DNA of 64,000 nt, from the NCBI RefSeq assembly GCF_009914755.1, contig NC_060937.1; one strand, written 5' to 3'. The notes beneath the pieces were generated by a model. That model had not been told where the DNA came from, ran no database searches, and saw nothing but the letters and a program-made list of their open reading frames with translations. The translations under genes and the position numbers were made by a program. How positions within the stretch are numbered: position 1 is the first letter of the stretch; every line of letters starts with the position of its first letter. The stretch comes from the human T2T-CHM13v2.0 reference genome, Homo sapiens. This document shows positions 42,254 through 59,525 of the stretch, one piece after another.

Positions 42254-42790
42254 TGTATCAGTTAGCTAATGCTGCCAAATAATCCACTTAAACTTTAATG
42301 GCTTAAAACAACAACATACTTAACTTACAATTGTATAATTTAGCAATTTAACTTGGTTCAGCTTAAAGGTTGCCCTGGTCTCATCTGGTCTTCTGTAGCA
42401 CCTGTGATCAGATGTGGGTCAAGCGCTTGACTTTTGCTGATCTTGGATGCATTCTCACACATGTTAGACACTTCACCTGGGACAATTGGAATGACTCAAT
42501 TCTGGTCCCTGTGGTTTCTCATCCTCCAGGAGATTAATTCAAGTTGATTCACACGGCAGGGGGAAGGATTCTGAAAAAAAGGTGGTGGTGTGGATTGCTT
42601 AAAGTCTAATCTTAGAACTGACATGCTTTGGTCTCATTGCATTTTATACTTAAAGCAACTCTCAAGGCAAACCCAATTTAAGGTGGAGGCAAATCACCTC
42701 CTGATGAACAGCACTTCAAGTTAATATTGTAGAAAGTACAGATAGGAAAGCAAAACAAAAATACAATCACTTTGCAAACAATCCACCACA
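42254..42790 (-). mobile_element. Old MLT1 (G/H-like) LTR
   Basis: tgtatcagttagctaatgctg...aatggcttaaaacaa...tctcatcctccagg...aaggcaaacccaatt...tttgcaaacaatccaccaca. Confidence 0.7.
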
Positions 42791-42831
42791 AATGGTTATG
42801 GTTTTTCCTTCCCAAAATATTTTGTAATATT

Positions 42832-43467
42832 TAAAAAAACTATTTATTGTAATTGACAAGTAAAATTTTATATACTTGTGAAGTAGCACTTGGGGTTTTG
42901 ATATATGTATACATTGTAAAATGGCAACTTCAAGCTAATTAATATGTGGATTACTTAATATACTTATCATTTTTCATGAGAACACAAAATCTATTCTCTT
43001 AGCCATTTTCAAATATTCAATACATTGTTATACATTGTTATAACTGTAGTCATTATGATGTACTATAGTTGTCTTGCACTTATTCCTCTTATGTAACTGA
43101 AAGTTTGTATTTTTGACCAACATCTCCTCAATCCTCCCAACCTCAGCCTCTGGTAACCACCATTTTACTCTTCATTTCTATGAACTCAACTATTTACACA
43201 CCACATATATGAGATCAAGCAGTATTTAATATCTTTCTGCACCTAGCTATTTTTTCTTAACATAGTGTTCTCCAGATTCATTTATGTTGGTTCAAATGAC
43301 AAGATTTCCTTTTTTTTTTTTTAAACTGAACAATATTCATTGTGTACATATACTACATTTTCTTTATCCACTTATTCATTGGTGGACCAACACTTAGGTT
43401 GATTCCATATCTTGGCTATTGTGAATAGTGCTACAATGAACATGGAAGTAAAAGTATCTCTTCAAGA
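42832..43467 (-). mobile_element. L1MA-like 3' end
   Basis: cctctggtaaccaccattttactc...ttaggttgattccatatcttggctattgtgaatagtgct. Confidence 0.85.
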
Positions 43468-44879
43468 TAAAAAAAAAAAGAAAAAAAAAGCACTTTCTTT
43501 TTGTAGTGAGAAGTGGTTGCTTCCAAGGAAAACACTTCTAAAGTTTGTGGCATTTTAAGGGATGGAGACGGGTTTTCTTCCAATGAGGAATTATTTTTGA
43601 GAACATAAACAAGCTGATTTTCATGTGTTTATGGAAAATATATTTTATTTGAAGAGTAATACAAAATATAGATACAGGTTTGCCATGGAGCAAACTGCAA
43701 ATAAATTGAAGGAGGTGGCAAAAATATTTGGATTTTCTGTGGTCCAAGTGAGTATTGCAGTGGCTGAGCAGGAGCAGTATTACAGTTTTCTTACAATAAA
43801 ATGGTGTTTGCTAAAATAAATTCCTGATTAGATTTAAATGAAAATAAAGCTTCTGGGTTATTATTTTTTCAATATCATCTAAGTGAAGTTAGACTAAATT
43901 ATTGATATTGCCTTAAATTTTGTGCTCTCTAAACTTGTGTGTTCTTTATTTCACCATTATTAGTAACATATACAATGATACAAACATAAAAGAAAAAAAG
44001 TTGAAGATGAATATAAAATTTTCTCTAATACCAAAACTCAACTAAATTAATATCATGGTTAGTAATGTTTTAACCAACATCAATTGCTTATATTTAAAAA
44101 AGGAATGAAGGAGTCCACATTATAGTTGGGTAAGTTGCAAATTTTAGTTTTGCAATTCTTGACTCATGGGTGATGATAGTCATAGATGAAAAAATATCAT
44201 CTAATTGCTCTTATCAATATATTTGTGCTAAAGAGCAAGAGAAAAACACATAGGTGATTAAAGTATACTAGAAAAAATGAAAAAATAGTAGAAATATAAT
44301 AAAAATCAAGAATTCTGAATACTCACTTTACATTTTATAAAATGAAGTAATTTGAAGAGGCAGCATTTGAACTGGGTTACTAGGTGCTCTCAACGGTATG
44401 GGAGAACACTCACAGATAAGACATCAGTCTATTTAAAAAGTTGATTAGAATGAAAACTTCCCTGTTATGGTGGAAGTAGATTATGGAGGTATGTAAATGA
44501 AAGTAAGACTGGGAAAAAGTAAGGTGTTAGCGAAGTTATAAAAGAGATTTAATGTTATAATAATTTGTGCTTCATTCTGTATGAAATACGAAACCATTTA
44601 ACATTTTAGAGAAAAGAAATTAAATAATCTAAATAGATTTAAGACCAATAATTTGATAGAATGTGAAAATATATTGAATGAAGAAAGCCTAATAATGACC
44701 AAGTCTCTGTTTTCATCACTGCTGAATATTTTCTAATTACATAATCCTATGAATGTTTACAGGCCTCATGTACATATGTTTTCACATTATTTTCTCAAGA
44801 TAATTAATCTACTGTTTTTGAAATATTTTATTCTTTTGGTGTTTATGATACTCCATAGTCATTATTTATTTTGCCTTTA

Positions 44880-46100
44880 TAACACTTAATCCTCAAATAC
44901 CTGCATGATCAACTCTACTTCCCACTACATATTACACTGAATATTACTTTGAGTTTTTTTTTTTTTTTGGTCTCCCTGCCTCATGATATATAGCTGTAGT
45001 TTTTCTCATATAATTTCAAAGTGTCTAATACCATTTGTCTGAAGATACCTCACAGATACATATCTCTAGCAAAGTTCTCTCTGGAGCGTTTCAATCTAGA
45101 TATACCACCTTGTATCTCAAACTCATTACTCAATAAACTTACTGAAGTCATTATTTATCAGAAAAGAAAATGTGTTGGTTATGCATTCTCAATTTTATTA
45201 AAAAACTGAAATTGGGCTTTCATTCTAAACTTAGACCGTTCAATCACTCTATACATTAAAATCTGCATGACAAAATATTTCTGTATCTTTCTATATTTTT
45301 CTATTACCATTTTTATTGCCTTAGTTTAGTTTTTTTCTCATCTCCTAGTAGATTCTTATAATAGCATTATAAATAGGTAGCTATTCCCTTTTAATTATTT
45401 TCCTCAATTAATTCCTCCAAAAATACATAACGATCACGAAAAAGAGGATAATTTTCTATATGAAATTTATTTAATAACTCCCCACACTTTAAGGAAAAAG
45501 TTCAAATTCCATAATGTTGCATGTAAGACCCCTTGATCACGGCCCTCTTAACTGCATGTGTCTTTGAACATCTATGTATTGAGCTATTTTCGGTTCCACA
45601 AAAAATGCTAGGCTTCTGTGTTGCTCAGTAACTTTGTTTATAGTATTTTTTCTCTTTCTTTTATTCTAAAATGGCTTTCTCCTGTTTTTAAAAAAAGACA
45701 AACCCATCTTTAATTTATTTTATTTCCTCTATAAAGTGTCATCTGTCTCAGGCAGCATTTATTATTTGTTCTAGTGAGCCAGTCTCAGTTCCGCATGCGT
45801 ATCTCATTATGTATTTCTACCGACCATAACACATTACTATATAGTTGTCTGTCTAGTCACCTACCACTGGAAAATAAGATTATGCTTTATAAAAACTTGT
45901 TCCATTATCCTTGAACACACAATCATTTAATTTATCATATATTTAACAATCATTTAATTTATTTATATATTTCTTGTTTATTATCTCTTTTTACCAGGAA
46001 AACAACATCAGATAACAGATCTTTGTGTATTTTGTTCATTGGTGCTTAAGACAGTGACTGGCACATAATCGGCATTCAAATCCTTTTAAATGGATGTATT
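44880..46100 (+). mobile_element. L2 relics (fragmented)
   Basis: aaagttcaaattccataatgttgcatgtaagacccc; tttgttcattggtg...acagtgactggcacataatcggcattcaaa (L2 3' end). Confidence 0.5.
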
Positions 46101-46240
46101 AATACAAGAAAAAATATTGCAGTTTCTGGTTTGTCTAGAAATTGCCTTTATATTAACAAATGGAGCACACAATTCTTGAGGAATGACAAAAATCCATTGC
46201 CAGTGAATATATATTTTCTCTTAGGAAAATGCACATTCAT

Positions 46241-46635
46241 CCTATGGACTGAATATTTGTGTTCCCTCAAAATTTATATGTTGCTGCCACAATCTCCAAT
46301 GTGATAGTATTTAGAGATAAAAATCTCTGGGAGGTAATTAGGGTTAGTTGAGGCCATAAGTGTGGGATCCTCATGATGAGATTAATGCCATTATAAGAAG
46401 AGACAAGAGAGTTTGCTCTTTCCCTTTCTGCACACACATACTGATGAAAAGATCATGTGAAGATATACTGAAAAGACAGGTATCTGCATGCCAGCAAGAC
46501 AGCCTTCCTAAGGAACCAAATTGACTGGCACCTTGATTTTGAACTTCCCATCTCCAGAACTTTTTTAAAAAGAGTGTTTATGTTGTTTAAGCCACCCAAT
46601 ATAGAGTATATTTTTACAACAGCCTTAGCTAACGC
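46241..46635 (+). mobile_element. MLT1A-like solo LTR
   Basis: ctatggactgaatatttgtgttccctcaaaatttatatgttg...ctggcaccttgattttgaacttccc...gttgtttaagccaccc. Confidence 0.88.
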
Positions 46636-49600
46636 AATCGATGCGCAGGCATCTGTAAATCCACCTGGGCCACAACACTGAGTTTATGTTTTTTTGCTGA
46701 GCATCTTTTGCATTTTTTTAGCTTGGTAGATGATATCAGCATCTACCCAGTTTTTCAGAAAATAAAAATGTTAAAAATTCTTAGAAATTATTTTCCTTTG
46801 GTCTCAGTGAGTAAGGCAGAAGTTTAGCCATACACTTGGTATTCTATAAAAAGGATGTTGTATGTCTCTGTGTGTGTTTGTGTATGTGTGTGTGTGTGTG
46901 GTTAGATAGCATAATTTTAAAAAAATCTAGTGCTCACTCACAAACGAATGGAGTACGGTTTTATGTTTAGTTCCAGCTTCTAGTTGTTCAAAGGAAGAAA
47001 GAGTCACCACCCATTCCTTTTCAGGATTATAACCTCAGACCCTGACTCCTACATTCAGTTCCTAATCACTGATGGTTCATACAGATTTAGTGTATTTTGC
47101 CAATCTAGTTTTAATGTCTGGAGTGTGGAAATGTTTCTTGTCTGTTTTTAGCATAAATTCATGTGTTATATTTGATTTGGTATTTCTTTGGGTGTGAAAT
47201 GAGAAAATATCCTTTCTTTTTGTTAGCTCAGGCTATCAGAATAAACAGAAGTAGAGTTAGTTTTTTTTCTTGGTTAAATTATGGCAATTATTTCTTAAAT
47301 AATTTCTATGTATGACTCCTACTTATTTGATCAATTGTCACGTATAAAGTAGATAGTCCACCTTGCATGCTGAAATAGCATGCAAGCATGTTCGTTTGGA
47401 TGCAAACATCTTTCTACTATAAATATTTCCCTTTAAAAGTGAGAGGTTAAAAACAAATATGCTGAAGTTAGGCAACCATCAAAGGGACTGATATATTTGA
47501 TATCTTAGTTTGTTCACAGCTAAAATGATAATAATAAAGGCTATCAATAATTTCATAACTTTTTGTCAATATTGAGTGAGATAATTGTTGTCTATAATAT
47601 GCTTAATACAGTTTCTAGATCTTAGTAAATTGTTGAAAATGTTGGTAAATATTTTTATAAGCTATCAATATTCTTAACGGAAAGATCAGACTCAATCAAG
47701 TATAAACAAATTCATCCTCCACCAATACACTCCTGATGAAAACAGATTGCAGAGTTTTAAGTAGAGATTTGATGTGATTATATTTGTATTTTAGATGCAA
47801 GGGAACTGTTAAATAACAGCAGGAGAAGCAGAAAAAATATATATAATTATGGTGAACTTTTGTTAAGTAATTAACTTGTCATTGATATGTATTTTATGGG
47901 TTTTATCTCATTATTGTGTATTAATCTTATTAAGTTGAGACACAATTTTAAGCCATAGCTCCTATTATATAATTAATACCCCTTATAACAATGATGACAT
48001 TGTGGTTAGAGAGATTAAAACAATACCCCTAGGGTACTGTGTTCAGAAATACCAGATACAGAACTCAAATAGCGACTGTCTAAAAACAAAGTCCAAGTTC
48101 AGTGTAATAATTTTGAATCCTCAAAATACAGTACAATATAATATAAATAAAATTAATTAAATATATTTAAATCGCATACTACAATTTATTTTTAATCTTA
48201 TTTTTAATTAAATGACAGCCTATCCAGTCAAAACAGCAGCATCTCTATTATTTTATTTCACTATATCATTGCTTATATCACAATAGTTAAAGGAACCTAT
48301 TGTAGTAGAAAGAGACTAGTAAAATGAATCAAACTCAACAAGACAAGTTATGGGTTGATGTTTGACACTCTCTTAATTGTTGACATAATTAAGTGAACAG
48401 TACCATTAAAGTCACTATTTTGTAACTTGTGAGGTAAGGGGCGAAAATAAAATACTCTTTTCCTAATTAAATGACTATGAAGTGCCCATTTATTCTTTAT
48501 TGGGGCAATTTAATACAAAGAAGCAGCCAACATTCTTTTTAAGCAAATGTGTTTCATTCTTTTTTTTTTTTCTTTTGTCTTATAACCCTCAGATGTGAGT
48601 AATTATTAGAATTAAGGTACTAAGAGTGCTATGGTAAAATTAACTTACAAAACTTACTTGCAAAGGGAGATATTTTTAAGGGGTTCTTGACCCAAATACT
48701 GTATTCTTTTTGATCATGGACTTAATTGTCTATTGAATATAAAGTGTAGAAAATTGTTGTGAAAAGAAAGTATAGCAGATTCTCAACAGCCTGGCTTAGG
48801 ACGTAGATTGAAGACTATCTTATTATTATTTATATTACCCAAACTACTTCTTATTTTCAAGGGTCTTTAATATCATCATAGTTTTTTAGTAGGCACTGAA
48901 AGAAATTAGTGCTTTTCTTTTGCAAATAAGTTAGCAAAAATAATTTTAGTAAATTCAGAAAAATAAAGGTAGTACTTTAGAAAACAGACATTTTAGAAAT
49001 AGTTGCCTCAATTTGGTAAAATCAAAACTAACATAGTAGTCTTGTTATTGAAAAGGCACCTTTGCATGGTATCTTTTTGTTATTTATTGGTTGTGCATGC
49101 CTGTCCCCACCACAAATTCTCATTACCCCACCCCTTTTTATCAACAAAAAAATTATTGTTTTTTGAATGAAGATCTTAAGGCTGAGCAAAGAACAGCTCT
49201 TAGTTAAGAATTTCTCCTAAAATTGAACCTATCAGAGGCCTCTTATCTCCTGTGGGCCTAGTTAAACTCGTTGATATCAAAACCCTTTTCCCTCTCATAC
49301 CTCTTTTATGAAACAATAAACTAATAATAAATAGTCTTAAAGACTTATATACATTAATATAAAATTCAATCCATTTCCATTTCTAAAAAGAATGAATAAA
49401 TAATGTGAACAGGCATTTAACTGAAGAAAGAAATCATCTAAACATGTAAAATGACTGTGAAAATTATTACTATTTTATATAAGCAAATAATGAGTAAAAA
49501 CTACAATTTTTAGTTCACTCAACTGGTCAAAAATGAAAGAGACTGACAGTTAAATATCTTTGACTTAGAGTGGATGAATCAGGATCTTCAGAACATTTTA

Positions 49601-49759
49601 AATGTACAAATTAATACAACACTTTTAGTAAACAGTTTGGCAATTTTAATTTTGGGTATTTAACCAAGAAACATAGGTCATATGAGCCATGCAAAATTTA
49701 CACCAAAAATGTACCCAGTGGCAGTCATTTGAAAAACAAAATCCAAGTATAACTCAGAT

Positions 49760-49847
49760 ATCTGCTATTGAATGGAAAGTACAGCATAATACATTTTCCA
49801 GCAATCTGCTATTGAATGGAAAATACAGCATAATACATTTTCCAGCA
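49760..49847. repeat. 44-bp tandem duplication (1 mismatch)
   Basis: atctgctattgaatggaaa(g/a)tacagcataatacattttccagca x2. Confidence 0.95.
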
Positions 49848-49893
49848 ATGAATTATGATTACTCATGTGAAATATTATTGCTGGAAGTTTGTT

Positions 49894-50050
49894 AGACACT
49901 CAGTGCCCAATGTTTTATGGGGGTTTGTCACATAATTATCCTCTGCCCTGCATGTGCCAACCTTCTAGACCCTCATACAGAAAGCTGGTGTTTGGCATAA
50001 ACCATACTATTTGCACACAAAGTTTTGGCATAGTGAGCCTTTCTTAGGGA
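49894..50050. mobile_element. MER21-like LTR fragment
   Basis: actcagtgccc...ggtgtttggcataaaccatactatttgcacac...ggcatagtgagcc. Confidence 0.65.
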
Positions 50051-52445
50051 ATATTCATAGAATTAAATATACAGAGTACAAATGAGTGAATGTTACAACT
50101 CACCAATAAAAATGATAATAATTCAGAATAATATTAGCAAATTGGCAGAATAGGAAGCCCGGAGAAATAGTGACCTAAAACTTCTCAAATATGAAGAGGG
50201 TAATGGACATCAAAATTCAAGATAGCAAAAATTTTCTAATTAATACGAACCCACAATGAGCCGAGACATGTTATAATTAAAGTGTTAACAGTCAAAGAAA
50301 AGAGAATATCTTGAAAGAAGCAAGGGGAAAATGACTATGTACAAGTGGGTTCCCATGAAATTAACAGTGAATTTATCAGCAGAAACATTATAAGCAATAA
50401 GAAAATGAAATAGTATGGTGTGCCCTAAGAAAAAAAAAACTGTCAACCAAGAATACTACATTCAATGAAATTATTTTTCAAATGTAAAGGAGAAGTAAAG
50501 ACATTCCCGGGTTGACAAAACCTAAGGGAGTTTATCCCCACTCAACCTGCAGTATAAGAACTGCTAAAGGAAATGCTTCAAGAAAAAATGAAATGACTTT
50601 AGACAATAATATAAAAGCATACAAAAAATAAAGTTTCTGGTAAAAGTAAACATATAGACAAAGATTGGTTCCTGTAATATTGTAATGATTGTATATACAT
50701 CACATTTAATTAATGTGTGAGATTTAAAAGATAAAAGTATACATATAAATATAAAACTTACTGGATACACAATTTTTAAAGATGTAATTTGAGGCATCAA
50801 TAACATAATTACATTTGGAGGAGATGTAAAAGTAGAGTTTGTATACACGATGGAAGTTAAATTGATATCACCTTAAAATAGGTTATTGTAACTTTAAGAT
50901 ATTTCATATAATCTCCATTATAATCACAAAGAAAATAACTATAGAAGAAACACTAAGAAAGAAAATAGAGCATATCAGTAAAAAAAAATCAACAAAACAC
51001 AAATAAATTCAGCAAAAGAGAAAAAGAAATCGAAAATAACTATAGTGCATACAGTAAACAATTGACAAAGTGGAAATAGTAAGTAATTCTCCCTCAGTAA
51101 TTATGTGTAAATGGATTTAGCTGTCCACTAAAAAGACACAGACTATTTGAATAGATATAAAAACAGGATAAAACTGTGTAGTGTATAGAAGAGATTAATT
51201 TAGGTATACAGGCACACATAGGCTGAAAGTAAAAAACAAGAAAAAAATTTTCCATTCAAAAGTTATCCAAAATGAACAGCAGTGATCATTTATATCAGAC
51301 AAAATCAACTTTAGGATAATAATTGCCATGACAAAGAAAGATATTTTATTATAATAAAAAGGTCATTTCACCTGAAAGATATAACAGCTAACCTCAGCAC
51401 ATTTAATATGTAAAGCAAACATTGACAGAATTAAAGGAATAAATACATAACACAATAATAGTAGAATATTTCAATATTCCACTTTCAATAATGCATAGAC
51501 CAACCAGACATAGGTCAATAAGGAAAAGAAGGCTTGAACAACCCTGAAAGCCATTAGGACTGACAGATATACACAAAATACTCAACTGAACAATAGCAAA
51601 ATAAACATTCTTTTAAAGTACACATGAACATTATGCAGAATATATAACATATTAAGCCACAAAACAAGTCTTAACAAATTTAAGAATACTGAAATTATAT
51701 TAAGTATGTTTTCTAACTGCAATGGAATAGAACTAGAAATTAATAACAAATGAAAACAATTTAAAAATTCCAAATATGTAGAAATTAATAAGCTTCTGAA
51801 AAACTATTGGGTTAAAGAAGAAAACTAAAAATATTAGAAAATATTTTAGAAAAATGAAAATGGAAAGGAAACATATCAAACTTATAAGATGTAGCAGAAA
51901 CAGTACTACAAGACAAGTTTATAGCAGTAAATGCCTACATTAAATAGTGGAAATATCACCAATAAACGACCTGACTTTACACCTCAAACAACTATAATAA
52001 TAAGAACAAACTAACCCAAAGTCAGTAGAAGAAAGAAATAGAGATTAGAACAGAAATAAACCAAATGGGGAGTAGAAAAACAATAGAAAAAAATGAAGAA
52101 ACCTTAAGATCAACAAATTTGACAAACTCTTAGGAAGTCTAAGGAAGAAAGAGAAGAAGCAGATAGAAATCAGAAATAAAAGAGGAGAGATAACAACTGA
52201 TGTTACAGAAATAAAAGAGATAAACTAATATACATAATTATATGTCAAAAAATTGGATAATCTAAAAGAAATGAATAAATTCCGAGAAACATAGAACCTA
52301 CAAAGATTGTATCATGAAGAAACAGAAAACCTTAACACATCTCTAACTAGTGGGAGATTGAGTCAGTAATTAAAAATCCCACCACAGAAAAAAATCCCAA
52401 AGCCAACAGTCTCCATTGGATAATTCTACCAACCATTTAAAGAGT

Positions 52446-52546
52446 TGGGCAAAGTAGCTCACACCTGTAATCCCAGCACTTTGGGAGGCCAACTGGGCAG
52501 GATACCTTGAGGACAGTAGCTTGGCAACATAGTGAGGCCACCTCTA

Positions 52547-52580
<34 letters not shown>
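52446..52580 (+). mobile_element. FLAM-like Alu monomer with (TA)n tail
   Basis: gctcacacctgtaatcccagcactttgggaggcc...ggcaacatagtgag...ctctacaaaa then (ta)n. atttaaaga repeated on both flanks. Confidence 0.8.
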
Positions 52581-52583
<3 letters not shown>

Positions 52584-52683
52584 TACAACAAATATTTTTA
52601 AAAAATTTAAAGAAGAATTGATGCCAATCCTAATCAAATTCTTCCAAAAAAATTTAGAGGAAGGTTCTTTCAAACTGATTTTA

Positions 52684-53105
<422 letters not shown>

Positions 53106-53470
53106 GGACCAGCAAAGCAAATTTAACAACACATTAAATATATTTTATACCATTAACCAATAGGATTTTTTTTCTAGAAAAAATCATTATTTAATTTGTG
53201 AAAATCAATCAATGTAACAAGTCACAGTAATAGAAAATTACTGAAGGGCAAAAATCACATGATTATTTTAACTAATGCATAGAAAGTGTTTCTCAAAAGT
53301 CAGCAACTCTTTATTATGAAAACACTTAAAAAAAACCGAATTGCTGCAATATAATAAAAGTCCCATATGTAAAGCCTACAGCCCAGAACTAATCATTTTT
53401 CCCTGAATAATTACCATTTGATACGATTACCTTATGTCTTTCAACAAGCAATCTTTACGTTAAGATTCTT

Positions 53471-55592
<2,122 letters not shown>

Positions 55593-55715
55593 TAAATGTA
55601 CATAAAGCAAGTAATTATAATTTTGACATCTAACCATGATATATAAATCTATATCTCATTCTTTGACTAATTTTAATATAGAACAATTTATATATTGGTT
55701 GGAAGTTTGAAAGAC

Positions 55716-56007
55716 TTTTTTTTTTTTTTAGACGAAGTCTCCCTCTATCCCCCAGGCTGGTGTGCAGTGGCGAGATCTTGGCTCCTTGCAACCTCAGCCT
55801 GCCAGGTTCAAACAATTCTCTGCCCCAGCCTCCCGCGTAGCTGGGATTACAGGTGCCCACCACCCCGACCGGCTAATTTTTGTATTTTTAGTAGAGATGG
55901 GCTTTCACCATCTTGGCCGGGTTGGTCTTGAACTCCTGACCTCGTGATCCACACGCCTCAGTCTCCCAAAGTGCTGGGATTACAGGAGTGAGCCACCGCG
56001 TCTGGCC
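55716..56007 (-). mobile_element. AluS (Sg/Sc-like)
   Basis: Poly-T...ctcctgacctcgtgatcc...gccaccgcgtctggcc. aaagac on both flanks. Confidence 0.93.
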
Positions 56008-59000
56008 AAAGACCTCTTTTGTAATTAAAATGCTAACAACAAAGCCTAGAAATGTAAACCTTTTTATTTGGAAGATAAAACAGATCTTAAGCTTTCTTTT
56101 ACACTTGGGTTTTTAATGTATTTATTTGGGATCAATATTAGAAAGTCAGGTACAGAAGCTCTATATGACATTATCCTATGGATGATATGGAATGACCGTC
56201 AAGGAATTTATGTACATCTTAATAGGAAAATATATATTTTTAAAAATGTTTTTGTGGAAAGGTTTTTTAAAAAAATGTCTAAAATAGTATTTTTGCAATA
56301 ATATTGAACCAATTTTACTATGATTTATCAAGCAGTGTGCATTTTGTTTAATATCTTCACTTTATAATAATTGGCATCGCTACACTTGGTAAGAAAAAAT
56401 AAAATGTGTTCTTTAGGTATTATTGTGAAAATTCATATTTTTCTAAAGTGATCCTGACACATGGGAAAAGGTTGAATTAAAAAATGTGACAAAACTTGTT
56501 TATTCCCTATTTCAGTATTGAGTGGGAAATAAAAGACTCAGGATTTGACGTAGCCACAAAAGTAAAACAAATGATAGATCTGTCAATTTTGAAAATACAT
56601 ACATATATCTTGCTTATTAGAGTAATCCTTTATTATAATATTAAAACACTTTATTCAACATTTGTTTTGCCAAAATTTTATTTGAAACATTCTAGAAGTT
56701 TGCTTATAAAAGAAAACAAAAACAATGGAAGAATACTTGGTGAAATAGGGTTTCCAGCTTTTAAATTTTTTATTAGAGGCTCATAAAAATAGTTCTCATT
56801 TTTGCTAGCTTTAGTATGCATTTTTAAATTGGAAACTATATTTGTAATACATTGGAATATTGTAGTGGATTTATCTCCATGCATATTTAATAAAATAATA
56901 TATTTATGAATTAGTTTAAAACCTGCATCAAATCAAGGCATTTGAGATAGTCCAAAAAGGTAGTGGCATGCCACAGAACTAGAAAATTCCTCTCTTTCTC
57001 TCTGGTAAGTCATCACCCAGACTTATCAAGCACAAAATGATTTTTTCTTTATAAAAAAATTAAATAGAATAATCTTGTTTATTGGATATTCTTTTTGTTA
57101 CTTCAGTTTAGCCTGTTCTTCTCTACATAGCCAGCAAATCAAACAACGTGAATTCTGAATCTGTTTTCTATTGTTTACCAGTGCGTGTTATGGTTTCAAA
57201 GTTTCTGCTTTATCGCTGCCACACACATCCTTCATCTAGATATCCATACCGCTAATTCAATTCCTCTCCGTCTTTGATCAACTATCATTTCCTCGATAAG
57301 AGCAATCATGAACACCCTATTTAAAACTGCAACAATTTCCCTCAGAACATCTCATTGTTTGACCTCTGCAATTTTATATTATTTATAGTTTTAAAATATT
57401 TGTTATGATTTATTATATTTACCATTATTATTTATTATTCCTGTTTTCCTTTTCGATAGAATGATACCTCAAGAGGACAAGGTTCTCCTGTCTGTTTTAA
57501 AGTTCAAAATTGTGTTTCTGTATCGAGAAATATATCTTGCATATGGTAGATGCTTAAACAATCCAAGTTATTTCCGGATCAACAGAGATGTTCAAAATAT
57601 TAAATTAATTTAAAATGTTTATTATGATCATATTATGTCCAAAATAATTAAATCAAGAAACAAAGCAAAAAAAAAAACACATTATATGGAGATTTTAAAA
57701 TATATGTGCCTGTTAGCATTTTGTAATGTTAAAAGGGGGGTGTTATGCTGATACTATTTGATAAGCAGAGAGCTTCATAACCAAAATTTCAACTCCAACT
57801 CTTAATTCCATGACTATGTTTACCAACTCAATAATGAACTAAATTTTCATCTTCCAATATTGATTATTGCTTTCAATTTTTAACATAATGCCATTTTTGC
57901 ATCGATTCGTCATTTATATCTCATCATATATAAACTTTTTTTCGTTTTAGGAAAAGATTGTAACATAGGTTTATTTTATTTCTCTGTTATTTCTTGGGAG
58001 ACAGAAATTTAGATAATTTAAATTTTCCGTAGGAATATAGTTATTAAGTGGATAAAGCATGAATGGAATATATTTTTTCTAAATACAAAAACAGATTTTA
58101 CATTATAGTTTAATGATTCCTTTTGACTTTTTCAACCCAATTAAATAATTGAATACAAAATATTTAAGAAATCAAATGTAATTTTAAAACCATTTGTTCT
58201 CCTACATGTTCCAAGTTAATCATGTCTAATCTCACCTATTATGATTACACTTTTACCCAAGCATTTGCTCCATAACTAAATTAGTTTATATCTACATACA
58301 TTATTTTCTAAAAATTCTTACCTATAACTTTATGTTTTCTATTTATGTTGTACTTATGTTTAGATTACATATCATAATAAAATATATTATGTTTAGGGGA
58401 TATATTATAAAATTCTAGGAATGTAAGAGTGTACCTATGTGACAGCAGGCACATCATGAGTAGAACATACATATCTGTTGGTCTTGCTTGTGAGAAAATC
58501 TTACCCCTTGTTATGATAATAGCTCTTCACATTTCTCTTGTGGATTTAACACTCACTTTCATTTACTCTGTTTCTGATGCGACTATTAATCATAGTGATA
58601 GGTAATAGATTTTAATTCAAGCTAGATTAATATTTCTCCTGGGAATTAAATATTCAATCAAATATTCTATGTAGAGAAAATAATTGGTACCATAATTTTG
58701 TGTATAATTTTTCTGTGTGTATTTGTGTGTGCTTCTGCTATCAGAACCAAAAACTGATAAACCTTGAGTTACTATCTGAAATCACAGGCGCTGCCCTGGT
58801 TCATGCTCTTGTCTGCTTTCTTTCATTTCTATAAACTACCCACCTATAATTTTGTTTTTATTAAGTTTCCTAATAGTTTGTGTTGTGAACTGTAATAAAT
58901 AATTATCTATATTTCTCATGAAAATAATTTTTGTGTATTGGAAGTGTTAAACGCATCTTATCCCTAAAGTAGCTTCAAATATAAAATATTTGCCACTTTT

Positions 59001-59439
59001 TTAATTCCACATGCAATATGAAACATTGTTTCAACCCTGATCTGGTGTTAAAGTATTTTTGAACTGTTAAATATTACCTTTCTTGTTTTGTTGTGGTGTT
59101 ATGTGCTGGATGAACAGAGTTATGATTAGTCTCAGTTCATGAATTTATAGTCTCTATGACAGGCTGAGGTCTGTTCTAGGCTGTGCTTTTAGAAGAATAT
59201 ACAGGAATATTGACAGCTTATACAAAGGGCAGGAATGTTCAAAAAGCAGGGAAGGTTCTACTTCTTCCACGCCTGTAGAAAGGCATCCTTAGCTTCTAAA
59301 GATCCAGGCCTACATGCCTTTGCCTACAAGGCCTGTATGCCTTGAACTAATCTTTTTAAAGAATTGGGCCCTTGTGTCTAAAACACATTAGAAAAACTAT
59401 AAAATAAAAATGTTTAAAAAATAGAGAAAAAATTTGGGT

Positions 59440-59525
59440 GGAGGGAGAAGGAGAGAGGGAGGGAGAGGGAGGGGGAGAGAGAGAGAGACAGAGAGAGAGA
59501 GAAAGAGAAAGAGAGAGAGGAGGGA
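59440..59525. repeat. GA-rich polypurine microsatellite
   Basis: ggagggagaaggagagaggg...(ga)n. Confidence 0.9.

Noticed and set aside
43625-43819. Short ORF with a caa|gtgagt donor at about 43748
   Set aside because: There is no polypyrimidine acceptor upstream and the peptide is unrecognised.
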